From contig NC_043000.1 in the NCBI RefSeq assembly GCF_006345805.1, positions 89,838,001-89,902,000 of the forward strand: a stretch of 64,000 nucleotides of DNA, in the 5' to 3' direction. A model generated the notes under the pieces. The model was not told where the DNA came from and made no database searches. It worked only from the letters and a program-made list of their open reading frames with translations. Positions 50,266-63,810 of this stretch are shown in pieces (positions within the stretch are counted from its first letter, which is position 1; each line of letters starts with the position of its first letter). The stretch comes from Octopus sinensis. Its lineage: Eukaryota. A program made the translations under genes and the position numbers.

Positions 50266-50395
50266 TATGAGAGTATACATATATATCCATATCTATCTAT
50301 ATTTCTATATAGAGAGAGAGGGAGCGGGTGTGAGAGATAGATAGATAGATAACTATATCTCACACACACACACACATATATATATACACACACAT

Positions 50396-50442
<47 letters not shown>

Positions 50443-51469
50443 AGAAAGAAAGAAAGAAAGAGAAAGATTTTAGTGTATGTATGAAGTTTGAAGTTTAATA
50501 TGAAGTAGTGTTTATGAGAATGTGTGTACATATGCATGTGTTCGTGTGTGTACAATTGTGTATATATATATGAAAATAGGTGAATGTGTATGCGTGTGTG
50601 TGAGAGAGACAGTGTGTCTGTGTATGTATGTATGTTTGTACGTCTTTGTGTGTCTGTGTGTGTGTATCTGTGTGTATCTGTGTGTGCGCGCGTGTGTGTT
50701 TGTGTGAATACAAATAAACATGACTTAGAAGCAGTCTGTGAGATATAGACAGATACCGTCACACAATCATGTATAGGCAGACAAACCAACACCCACCTAT
50801 ACACACATACACACACAAGCATTCACACACACACACACGCGTACAAACACATGCACACACACACACATCCATACACATTCACACATATGCACAATGCCCA
50901 CAAACTGTGTCGATCTCCTCATCTAACAACTAGCAATGTTAAAAACATGTAACAAAAGATATTTGAAAAAAAAAGAAAACAAAAATAAGAGAAATGAATA
51001 AATTAACCTAGTTTGTATGTTTATAACTTTTTTATCCTTTCGTTTTTCATTTATTTCTTCCCCACTCGTCTTGCTTATTCACTCTACACTCGCTTTCTTA
51101 GTCACTCACTGGTTCCCATCTTTCATTCTCTTTCTATATATCTATTTCTCTATATATTTATCTATCTGTTTATCAATATATCTGCCTAATCTATGTCGAT
51201 CGGATCTATCTGTCTATCTACATAACTATCTCTGTCTATCAATCAATCAGTTTATCAGTCTATCTATCTATCGATCTTTCATCTATGTGTCTATGTATCT
51301 ATCTATTTTTCTGTCTATGTATCTACCTATCTTTCTATCTATGTATCTTTGTATTTATCTGTCAGTCTATCTATCGATCTATCTGTCTATGTATCTATAT
51401 ATCTCTCTAGCTTTTTCTATTTGTCTATCCACTTTAATATCTCTCTATCTATCTATCTATCTATCTATC

Positions 51470-51527
<58 letters not shown>

Positions 51528-51895
51528 AATTTATCTATCTGTCTATCTATCTAACTGTGTAGCTGGCTAGCTATCTGTCTGCCTATCTATTTCTCTGTCT
51601 ATCTATCAGTCTATCTATCAGTCTATCTATCTATTTCTGTCTCTAAGTCTATCCATCTGCTCTGTTTCGACATAAACAACAGTCACCAGTGAATAGGGTC
51701 ATTGGCATATTACGTAATACATACAAACACGCGCACACACACATTCATACATATATGCATGTACGTATGTATGCGTGCATGGATACATCTATATATATAT
51801 ATATATATAATACATTTATATATATGCATATTTACATATACATATATATATACATTACATACATAATATATATAGATATATAGATATATATATAT

Positions 51896-51995
<100 letters not shown>

Positions 51996-52091
51996 GCATA
52001 TATACATATACATATACATATACATGCTATCATCTATCTATCTATCTATTTATCATCTATCTATCTATCTCTATATATGTATATGTATATA

Positions 52092-52303
52092 TTTTTCTTT
52101 ACTACCCACAAGGGGCTAAACACACAGGGGACAAACAAGGACAGACAAACGGATTAAGTCGATTACATCGACCCCAGTGCGTAACTGGTACTTAATTTAT
52201 CGACCCCGAAAGGATGAAAGGCAAAGTCGACCTCGGCGGAATTTGAACTCAGAACGTAACGGCAGACGAAATACGGCTACGCATTGTGGGTAGTAAAGAA
52301 AAA
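52092..52303 (-). mobile_element. 5'-truncated SINE S2 with a 19-21-bp inverted copy of its own 3' end
   Basis: TTTTCTTTACTACCCACAA (52093-52111) and TTGTGGGTAGTAAAGAAAA (52284-52302). Confidence 0.85.
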
Positions 52304-52357
52304 TATATACATATACATATAGATAGATAGATAGATTGATGATTAGATAGATAGTAT

Positions 52358-52392
<35 letters not shown>

Positions 52393-52500
52393 TAGATAGA
52401 TAGATAGATAGATAGAAAGTTGGATGGATGGGTGGATGGATGGATGGATGGATGGATAGATAATTACACACACATACACACACACACACACATACACACA

Positions 52501-52533
<33 letters not shown>

Positions 52534-52569
52534 CACCACACACACACACACACACACACAGCGAGCGGG

Positions 52570-53900
52570 TGAGAGCAAAATAAACTCAGTTTGAAAGTGA
52601 CTGTAAGAGTAATCCTTTTCGAGCTATTACGGAGGTAATAAGGTGGGGAAACAGTTACGCTTGAGACATATTTACATGGAGTACATACAGATTATAAAAT
52701 AATGAAAAAAATTACGTCTTATCGCGACAGCTGTTTCAAGATAGCTATAACTTACATAATAACCATATTCATAAGTAATGTATACATGATGTTATAGGTG
52801 TGCGACCAGCAACAAGTCCAGGAGAAATTGTTAAAGTAAGTTATGCCTCTCGTTTCAAGAATAGTGTAGCAAAAGTGAGTTGTCTAGTAGCATTTACAAA
52901 TATAAAGGTTTTAAAGAGAAGCGTGAGGAATAGGGGCTAGAGGAAGCGGGCGGAAATGGTGAAGAGAGGAGATAATTAAGAGGCGAGACGAGATGTAGAT
53001 AACGGTAAAGTTAATAGTTGGCCGAAGGAATATTGTAATCATTGAACCTTGCATGGAGAGTCAAAGTAATCATTCAAAGACAATAAAGCGATTGTCAGAG
53101 GCTACAGACATGGAGGCGTGGAAAAATAAAGCGTCAAGGGAAGAGAGTGGAAGTAGTAGGAGAATAAAAAGAATTTTAGCTAAGATGAGGAGAAATTATA
53201 ATGATTTTACATAATGAGCAAAAGTGCCACAGAATTTATGACTACTTGAGAAGGTTTCATCAAAGAATCTATTAAGTAAGAAGGTCTCATTTAGGCTTAA
53301 TATTGTAAGCGATCTCCGGCAACATAATTAATTTACAAACGCAAATGTTAGCATTGCATGTGGTTCCTACACAAACTATAGACCAGGATAAGGTATACGG
53401 TGTGCCCTAAGACTTGAGGCGCTGTATGTAGGTAGTTAGGGGAAGTAGATTGTTTAGAAGCCCAATTTGAGAAGTAGCTCAGGTGAGCTGGGTAGTGTCC
53501 TTTGAAGTCGATCGTACCCACTATCTAGACCCAAGCCCGGTGGGAACATGGAGTTGTAACCAGACATTTATATACAATGTTGTGCAAGCAATGCCCCTTT
53601 AACACACATGATTGGAAGACTCGACAATTACAGGTTTTCTTCCAGCCGGTGGGCCTGTACTCAGTAAGTATCCTATGTTGTTCAATGCAATCGTTTATCC
53701 CAGAGGTGGAAACAGAGATGTTGGCGTCGCTGCTATGGTGATGTGAGGGGTTTTCATGATCAGGGAGAGTTTAAGTCGGGTTTAAGATTATTGCCAGTAG
53801 GTGGACTTGATCAATAACAAGTCCACCTATAGGCAATAATATTTATTCCAGGACCGAGTCTACAGAGGCTAGGAAGAACAGCGCTTCGATTTAACTGTAG
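52570..53900 (-). pseudogene. PLE-D: old degenerate Penelope-like 3' fragment
   Basis: Minus translation CVLKGHCLHNIVYKCLVTT...FKGHYPAHLSYFS...; GAAACAGCTGTC half-hammerhead at ~52725-52738. Confidence 0.55.
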
Positions 53901-55132
53901 TAATAGTACATTTATTTGTACACACAAGATACACTATATGTGTGTGCGCGCGTGTGTATGTTTATATTTATATGAAGGTATGCATATATATGTATATATG
54001 GATATGCATATAAATACACACCCACCCTCAGACACACACATATGTATACGTGTATGAAAGATACATCATCCTTATGTCTTTAACTGGAAGTATAAATAAC
54101 GATATGAAGTTAGATGCACGCATTTGTCCACGTTTATATAAATATAAATAGCCACGCTAGAAATAGGTTAGAATACTCCCCTGAATATCTTATAATAGCA
54201 TAATCTTCCCAATCCAAACTTGTCTAAAATACCCATTTCGGAATTTCTTCAAAGAAAGCTACTAATATCAACACTAAGTTTAACCTCTATATGACCTATG
54301 TTGTGTGGCAGGCCGACTCATATTACATATAAACATTCTTCTGTGAACCCTAAAATAGCTCGGAACCAACATTGCATACAAAAACTCTGTATTAGTCACA
54401 AGAAAACTTCAACCAACATAAACTGTGTCCTGAATATGGCACAGCTGTGTAATCCTTTACTTTCACGCCCGATTGAATCCGAAACGTAAACCATCTGTCA
54501 AACCGAAATAACTGTCTCCACCACATCTTTCTATCAACCCACACTGTACAAGAACATATATCCCTCCGAACCTTTCATCATTCTCTCTCATCCTACACAA
54601 TCACTTGTCCTGTCTACTTACACTACACTTAATTTCCATTCACTTTACACCACCGACCATAAGAACAACTTGTCCAAAACTATTTTAAACCAGAAAGAAC
54701 CAAAATAAACCATAGTCGGATGGCAACGAATAAGCCGCAGCTTCAAAGTTGCTATTAATGCTTTCCTTGTAAGAATTAATAAATATTTACTCCACTACAA
54801 GTATTGAGTGATCTTTCAGCTCAATATTAAATAGTTTCTTTTTTTACATACGTAACTTGGCATTAAAACGAACATTAATAGATAAATAGATATAGATACA
54901 CATACTTGTTTTTATATATAACTTCACAAAAAACCAAACGTTTATGTGTGTGTGTATGTGTTCTTTTTCTCTTATTTTTTGTTCTTATATTTGTTTCAGC
55001 CATTCAGTTATTAGTCATTAATCATTTGACAGCTTACTTTGAAGGTCATAGTCGATTACATAAATCCCAGTCCATGTGTGTGTGCGTGCGTGCATTTAAG
55101 CATGGTTATATGTACATGTGTGTGTGTGTGTG

Positions 55133-55209
<77 letters not shown>

Positions 55210-55702
55210 CATATTTATACACGATGGGCTTCTTTCAGTTTCTGTCCACCAATTCGTCTCAAAATGTTTCGATCCGCCAGCACGAAATGGGACTGAACCC
55301 GGGAGCATGTGGTCGGAAGCAAACTTCTTACCACACATCCACATCTTCAGGGAAAGCTAATCACTCAAAAGCACGAACTCAGGACGCTGTGAGAAAAACT
55401 CCGTTACTTTAGGGGAATTTTTTAACGAACTAGTATAAATAACAAGTTTGATTCCAACTAACAATCATTATATAGAGAAATGAGTAATAAAAATATTACT
55501 GTTAAGAAAATTCCTTCTCGAAAAGATGACTTCGACCTTTATACATTGTGCATAAATACATTTGGGGAAGACAGTATGTTTTACAAACACTGTTGACTCG
55601 GAAATTTTCACTATAGTTGTAAGCAAACTATATAATGGAAAGATACCTGGAAGAGCTTTAATGGTTGGATATTGCTACATTTTACAGAAAACAATTAAGA
55701 TG

Positions 55703-57075
55703 TAGGAAGCGCATTCTAGAAGTTTTGAGACTTTTTTAAGTGAGGCAGTTATAAATATCCCAGATCGGGGTACTGTTAGTATATCATTATTATACATCTA
55801 GTAAGCTGACCTGCCTTCTTTTTTACATTCCAGATTGAAGGAGACGCTATAACAATACTTTGAACACACTTAATACTTAATACTGCTAGTCATAGCTAAC
55901 TAGTTGCAGAATGCAGGCGAAATGTTTGGCAATTCACTAATCAATAAAGTCTTGGTTTAAACTGGACAAAATCGCTTCAGAAACACATGAAATTTTCCAA
56001 GCTACTTATGTGTTAACTTTTTCGCTAGCACAAAAGATTCGAGGACTGTAGAGAGGAGGTGAGAGGCGTTAAGAGCTGCTTATGGATTAACTTGCATGAA
56101 GCGAGCATTTGTTTCGTTTTCTGCTGGCACAACAGGTTCAAGGATGGTAGAGAGGTGTTCTGACAGGTGTGTGAGCGAAAGGAATGTCAGAACATCAGAT
56201 CTAGTTGAGAAAATTCGCAATTCTCTGGATGAAGATCGCCGTGTGAATATAAACAATAAGGATGCAGTTTGCTGTTGATGAGGCAACTGTACACAGAATT
56301 ATTCATGAAAATCTGAACAATTGCAAAATTTGTGTAAAATTTATTCCCCGGGTGCTCAGTGACGAACAGAAAGAAATATGCGTTGGTGACAACATAGAAA
56401 TAGTTGATTTCATTATCTCCAATTCAAGAGTAACTGAGTTTCTAGTAATATGTGACGAAAACTGAATCTACTGCTATGGTCCAGAAGCCATGAGACAGAG
56501 TGCCCAATAGAAGCATACTGGCTCCCAAAAAGGCCATGCAAAGTAAATCCACCAAGAAATTCGACAGAAAGGGCGTCATCTATATCCACTGGGTTCGCTC
56601 TGGCCAGATGGTCAACAAAGAGTACTTTGTGGAGGTTTTGAGGGAGTTAGGCAAAAGCTTTCGTCGCCAAAGGCCAAAGCTTATCCACTTAGGTCAGTGG
56701 TTCCTACACCAGGACAATACACCAGTCCACAATTCCATCCTGGTAACCAACTACTTGACAGAGATGGGCATCAAAATTGTCCTGCGCCCTCCATACAGCC
56801 CAGATCTTGCTTCCTGTAACTTGGTTGTTCCCCAAACTGAAGGAGAACCTCAATAGTAATCGTTTTAAAGACATTGAGAAGATGAAGGAAGTTGAGACAA
56901 GAGTCCTGGACATCATCATTTTGGAGGACTTCCTTTGGGCCTTCATGAAGTTGTTGAAGCGTAACATGTGAACTGAAGTCAGAGGATCCTACTTTGAAGG
57001 AGATTAGAGTTTTGTACTTCTTTGAAATAGATAAATATCTCTTGAAAAGTTTCAAAACTTCCGGAATGCAATTCG
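55703..57075 (+). pseudogene. Degenerate full-length mariner element
   Basis: TIRs GCATTCTAGAAGTTTTGAGACTTTT / AAAAGTTTCAAAACTTCCGGAATGC; CVKFIPRVLSDEQK, VICDEN, FLHQDNTPVH, PPYSPDLASC. Confidence 0.9.
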
Positions 57076-57556
57076 TACATTCAAAAGGAACTACGGACAG
57101 TCAGACTGACATACCAAATTGACTTGTTATAGCACGAACGAATCTTATGAGAAAGAATGAAATCACCGAGTTAACAGAAAACTATAAACACTACGTACAA
57201 GCCGCACACAAGCTACCTCAACGAATCCCTCTAAGTGTGTGTATATGTCACAGACAGCGGACGTGCGTTTGCGTTGATTGATACGCCATGACATTCATTA
57301 TATGTGTGTGTATTCTGTATGTGTGTATGTATGTCGATGCCACGGAAGCCATGGTTCTTTTTTTCGTCAAGAAATAACAAACAAAAATTATGTTCAATCG
57401 TTTTCATTAATAAATAGAGGTCCAAATATCACAAAAATTTGTACTGCACTGCCGAAGTTATGTGTGAAAAATATATGCAAAAAAAAAGATAAAATATATC
57501 ATTTCTAAGATATTTCGGGTACACACAAACATTTCTAAAGTTTTAGTATTATTAAG

Positions 57557-57637
<81 letters not shown>

Positions 57638-57639
57638 CA

Positions 57640-58370
57640 TGCATGGGTATATTTCCCGAAAACTTGAAGAAGACTATCATATCGACATAAAAGTCTCTTG
57701 GACTGGTGAACGTTACATCATTTCCCACTTCGAAGGTTATGCATTTGCAATTCAAGAACAAGAGATTGTTACGAAATCCTTTGTAAACAAAAGAGACAGT
57801 GGAGCCCTAGGAACTCCAAGATGCAACCGAAAACGTAGTTTATGTAATATTTCTGTGGAAGTCATCACGCATGTGATTATCAGCTGCTCAAAAATGTTAA
57901 AGCACTACCTCCCTTTGCGACACGATGTTGTTCAAAAAATATACAATGCCATTCGAAAAAAAACTCCTGTAGATAATGCCCCAGTTATTTAATACATACA
58001 CAAATATCGACGCAAGGAATATAAGTGGAACATCCTCATCAAAACATGTCAAATGCAAACATAACAGGCTTGATATTGTTTGAGATAGACAAGTAAAAGT
58101 ATGTGCAGCCTTGGAGGTCAGCTGTGCTGCTGATGTCAATATCTCTTTGAAAATCAAAGAAGATAACCTCTAGCTCCTATATCCAGACTATAAATTTACA
58201 TTTATACCAATAAAGCGCACTTGGTTTTGTGAGTAAATGTCGTTAGTGACAATCTGGATAAGCTAGGGCTTTCAGAAACAGATATCAACCAGTTAACTCG
58301 CAAATTATAAATACAATTTGTAAATGGCACAATAAAAATATTCAGACTTTTCTCAAGTTTAAATGTGATT
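57640..58370 (+). pseudogene. Degenerate 3' part of an RLE non-LTR element (different family from 22.6 kb)
   Basis: FAIQEQEIVTK, LC...E.ITHVIISC, YLPLRHDVV, HNRLDIV, LEVSC..D.N, YPDYKFTFIPI. Confidence 0.7.
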
Positions 58371-59669
58371 TTGTTTTTGTCTAGAGCTTTGTATCTTTGT
58401 TAGAATGTTGGAGCATTGTTAGAAACCAGCTCCTTCCTTAGAGGAAGATTTGAAATAATAAAAAAATGAAAACGTACATATTTGGCGAGCTTCCATGTTA
58501 TTTTTGCCTAATTACACCCACCAGTTACTGATTGGCCTGGTGATATAGTAAAAAACACTTGCACACGATAATGCGCGTTGGTAATGGACCCGAAACCACG
58601 TGTTAAGTTGAGATCTTAACTACACAACCATGTCTTTAATGTGTATGTACGCGCACGTGTGCATATGTGTGTGTGTATATATTATTATACATTTTTGCAG
58701 CCCAGTTTGTCATGGGACCATCCATCGTTGGAAGGAACCTACAAACGGTGCTGTCAACTTCGAAAAGTAAACTCTATGAACTATCACTGGAACTATATAT
58801 CTCATATATATATATCACTTCCGTCAAGACGTCATCTCAAACACGAAAACATGTGTGCGCGGGCGCACGCACACACATACACACACACACGTACGCACAC
58901 ACACACACACACACAGAGGTTCAATACAAGTTATAGATCCAACATAGAGATGGTTCCGGGTATAGCGTTTGCTATATATATATATGTGTGTTTGTGTGTG
59001 TATGTCTGTGTGTGTGTGTCTGTGTGTGTGTGTATGTGTGTGTGTGTTTAAAGTGGGGTTTAAAGATTCATAAATGGCGCAGGAGTGGCTGTGTGGTAAG
59101 TAGCTTGCTTACTTCACAACAGAAGAATTCGCGTTTTTATACACTCCGAAGTCACGTCGTTCAACGTAGAAATATTGAAAAACTGAAGCACGACTACAGG
59201 TAAGGCATTTGTTTTTTGGTGGGGAAGATTAGTGGAGTCCGTTGGTTCGTAATTGATAATTTTTGACGAGCAAGGGTCTCCACTGGGTTATTTGCCTGCC
59301 TGTGGTCGTGCAAAAAGACTCACTGTGTAGTGAGAACTGTGTTTTTTTTTGGGGGGGGGGGCGTATCCCCTCCGAAAATTTATGATTTTATGTGACTGTG
59401 TGCACTTCGTAGATTTTACCAGTACAACCAGAAATTTAGCATTTGGAGTATAACAAGGAATTTTTTGCTGCTATTTTTTGTGTTGCAAGGGACTTTTAAC
59501 TGTGCTACAAAGGATTAGCAGAGTCGAATTTTGTTGTCATTTGAATGGTCTTCTTTCGTTCTTTTTCTCTTGTCTGTCTTTTTGTTCTTTTTTTGTGTTT
59601 GTATTAGAGACTTTGATTTGAACATTTTTGATTTTGTTGTGTACTTTTATATTTTAGTCTATTTTATTA

Positions 59670-60939
59670 ATGGCAACCAAATGTAAGAAAGCCTTGGAGT
59701 GGCGAATTGTGAACCCCAAGGAGTGGTTAAAAAACTATGATGAGAGAACGGTGTTGTTGCGGACCTATTGCAAGGACCGCGACACCATCTGTGTATTCCC
59801 TCAGAGTGAAATTGAAGAAGAGTTGGCGGGTTTTGAGCCAACATATAGGTTCATCTGTAGGGGTGCAAAGTACGCAACGGTGTGCGTGTTTTTCGACACC
59901 CCTACGGAGGCTCAGAAATTTGCGAGTCAACCTATAGATGGGAGGAAGATTTTGTTTCTCCCCACTTATGGTGGGCGTAAATTGACAAGAGCTTGGGTGT
60001 GTGGGGTGCCTTCCGGTATAGAGGTTGAATAGATAGAGGATTCTATCCGTCGAGGCCTGGGTGGTGGCCCTGTCAGGCCCTTGAATGTAAAAATACTGCC
60101 TGCGGTCGATTGGGTCTGGTCAAAAGCAATTTTGACCCTATGGGCCCAATCGGCTGAAAATCTGGTTTTACTAGATTTCTTGACAGTGGCCGGTTCCAGG
60201 CACCCAGTGATCATTGAGGGACGCCGCACCCCCACCACCACCACCAAGTGTCACCTGTGCACATGAAGAAGAACTGTTGCCGGGACCAGAGAAAGGTCCT
60301 GGAACAGTTGATTGATGACTGTAATCACACTGTTCCCCCAACGGAGCCTCCTGCTCCTTCATTGGAGGGAAAGAGGTAGAAAGTCGAGGAGGAGGTAACC
60401 TCCTCGAGAAAAGGTACTAAGAGAAAGAAGGTGGGCAACAATGGTTGCCCACCGATGGACCCTGAGGTGGCGGGAAGGGAGGTGGGACCTCCGGACATGT
60501 CGGAGGAGCTCCACCCTCCCGTCGCAAAGGGAAAAAGAAAGAAGAAGAAAAAGAAAAACGGGGCATTGCCGACGACAGCATGTCCCGAAATGCCTTCGGT
60601 GGGACTGTGCCACCGGACGGGAAGAAGAAGGAAACCTTGTCGGTGGGGTGTGTGCCACCGAGCGAGGTAGTTGAGGACCCTATCAATGAAAGTGATGAGG
60701 AATTTGCATTCCTCTATCGCAAGGGAGGGGCGATTGAGGAGTATGTGGACAATAATCTTGATAGTCGGGTTCTGATGGACCCGATTTTTATTGACAGTCC
60801 AGAGTGGCCTTCGCAGGTACTGGAAAGAAAAGATTTTTTTCCACAGGTCAAGATCCTTCCCAAAGGAGGAATACAGATTACACTTTTTTTGGCTCCGATT
60901 GGTGGTTGCAGGAATACCTGCAGGCAGCAAAAGGGTTAA
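59670..60939 (+). pseudogene. Gag-like LINE ORF1 (Tx1/L1-like) with broken CCHC knuckle and no ORF2
   Basis: One frame 59670-60266 with a single TAG at 60030; VIIEGRR...CHLC followed in a shifted frame by HMKKNC; then P/K-rich low-complexity tail with KRKKKKKK. Confidence 0.55.
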
Positions 60940-61359
60940 TTGAGGGAGTAATATAAGAGGTTTAGCGCCTCCATATATATAAAATATGTTTCCTTTGTGA
61001 TGGACTTCTAGTCCAATTTTTGTATATATTTGTAAGAGGTTTAATACTTCTGTACATGTTGTTTTTAACGAACAATGTTTTAGAGAAGCAGAGTTTTGGC
61101 GGGCTCTTTCTGTCTTCTCCCATCTTTATCATCTTGTATTCTTATCATTCGCCTCATTAATATCTTGTCCAGCCCGCAGCTACTCTGTATACGGCCTTTA
61201 TGGCAAATAGAATGAAATAAAGTAGCTTGCTTACCAACCACATGGTTCCGGTTCATTCCCAGTGCGTGGCACCTTGGGCAAGTGTCTTCTGCTATAGCCT
61301 CGTGCCAACCAAAGCCTTGTGAGTGGATTTGGTAGACGGAAACTGAAAGAAGCCCGTCG

Positions 61360-61406
<47 letters not shown>

Positions 61407-61484
61407 ATATATACCGGAGTAAACACATAAATGTGAAACAAGGTGGAAAAAAGAGTACTCAAATACCAGTGGTAGAGTAATATG

Positions 61485-61641
61485 CTTTATTTTAAGCAGC
61501 AGAAAATTCAACAAAATCTGTTACTCTGAGTTTCTCGTTGCCGTTCATCAGACAGTTTTGCTAGCAAAAACTGTCTGATGAACGGCAACGAGAAACTCAG
61601 AGTAACAGATTTTGTTGAATTTTCTGCTGCTTAAAATAAAG
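61485..61641. repeat. 157-bp near-perfect palindrome made of two inverted hammerhead-containing pLTR ends
   Basis: Arms of 78 and 79 bp, no spacer (centre GCTAGC), one homopolymer indel. Confidence 0.95.
61571..61608 (+). ncRNA. Minimal type I hammerhead (mirror copy on minus strand at 61518-61555)
   Basis: CTGT-CTGATGA-A CG GCAA CG A-GAAA-CTCAGAG-TA-ACAG; first stem II pair is an A-A mismatch. Confidence 0.7.
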
Positions 61642-61751
<110 letters not shown>

Positions 61752-62367
61752 TGTATGTATGTATGTATGTATGTATATGTGTGTGTATATGTTTGTGTGT
61801 CTGTGTTTGTCCCCCAACATCGCTTGACAACCGATGCTGATGTGTTTACGTTCCCATAACTTAGCGGTTCGGCAAAAGAGACCGATAGAATAAGTACTAG
61901 GCTTACAGAGAATAAGTCCCAGGGGTCGATTTGCTCGACTAAATGCGGTGCTCCAGCATGGCTGCTGTCAACTAACTGAAACAAGTAAAAGAGTAAAAAG
62001 AGAGTAAAGTGTATGTATGTTTATGGGTCTTTGTAAGATGAGAATTCCGACAGAATCAGGTACTTGAAAAGGTATGTGCCAGGTAGGGTTGGGTAAAATC
62101 TGTGGTCCCTGCCTATGGCTGGTGAGAGTCGAAATATCAAATAGGATATTTCGGTTGTGTACACAGAGGAAACCAATCCTATGAGTATTTAGCGCCTAAG
62201 GGGCTAATCCAAATTACACGTTACTTTGTGTAGTACGTTGTTGGTATACTCTAGGGTGACTGACAAGTCGTAAATTCCTTTGGTGAAATCAAATGAATAA
62301 TAACGTACGATGGATAACTGTCAGCTCATTACAGCTGACAATTATCCATCGTATATTATTTTTATTG

Positions 62368-62479
<112 letters not shown>

Positions 62480-62801
62480 TTACTCTTTTATTTGTTTCAG
62501 TCATTGACTGTGGCCATGCTGAGCACCGCCTTTAGTCGAGCAAATCGACCCAAGAAATTATTCTTTGTAAGCCTAGTACTTATTCTATCGGTCTCTTTTG
62601 CCGAACTGCTAAATACGCGGACGTACGTAACGCACCAGCATCGGTTGTCAAGCGATGTTGGGGGACAACACAGACAAACATACACACACACACACACCAC
62701 ACACCACACACACACACACAACACCACACACACACACACATATATATATATATAACGACGGGCTTCTTTCAGTACATACGTACATACACATACACACACA
62801 G

Positions 62802-62838
<37 letters not shown>

Positions 62839-63380
62839 AACGGCGGGCTCTTTCAGTACATACGTACAGACACATACACACACACACACGCACACACACA
62901 CACACACAGCATATATATATATATATTATATATATATATATATTATAATTATATATATATAATATTATATATATATATATATAATATATATATATATATC
63001 CCCATTTTCTCATAATCATTGTTCTTGTCTTTTCCTTTCTGTTTCCTCTCATCGATTTCTCTAGTCCCCTCTGGAGACATAAAAAATCATGATAGCATTC
63101 TATGAAATTGTTGTTGCCCCTGACTTCTACATGAGTGTCTCCTTCGCAATCCGATAAATTTCAACAGTTCTTCATTGTACTCCTAGCTTTGACGATCATA
63201 TCAAGGTGAGTCATTTTGTTATTTCTTTCTCTCTAGTTTAAATTACCTGATGAAAGCGGTTTTTCCATGATGTAATCGTAGCAATCGAACTATTCATTAT
63301 GGGATGACCTGATACATACATACATACATCCATACATACATACATACATACAACCTACAACTACATACATATATATTATA

Positions 63381-63546
63381 GGCCTAGGAGTGGCAGTGTG
63401 GTAAGTAGCTTTAACGAACCACATGGTCGGGTCAGTCCTAGTGCGGGCAACTTCTACTATAGCCTCGGGCCGACAAAGTCTTTGAGTGGATTTGGTAGAC
63501 GGAAACTGAAAGAAGCCCGTCGTATGTTGTGTGTGTATGTGTGTGT

Positions 63547-63593
<47 letters not shown>

Positions 63594-63810
63594 GGTGTGT
63601 GTGTCTGTGTTTGTCCCCCAACATCGCTTGACAACGATGCTGGTGTGTTTACGTCCCCGTAACTTAGCAGTTCGGCAAAAGAGACCGATAGAATAAGTAC
63701 TAGGCTTACAAAGAATAAGTTCTGGGGTCGATTTGCTCGACTAAGGCGATGCTCTAGCATGGCCGCAGTCAAATGACTGAAACAAGTAAAAGAGTAAGAG
63801 TAAAAGAGTA
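63381..63810 (+). mobile_element. SINE S1, full-length
   Basis: Matches 10877-11294. Confidence 0.9.

Noticed and set aside
63247-63300. CTGATGA with downstream TCGAAC
   Set aside because: No GAAA box or stem pairing
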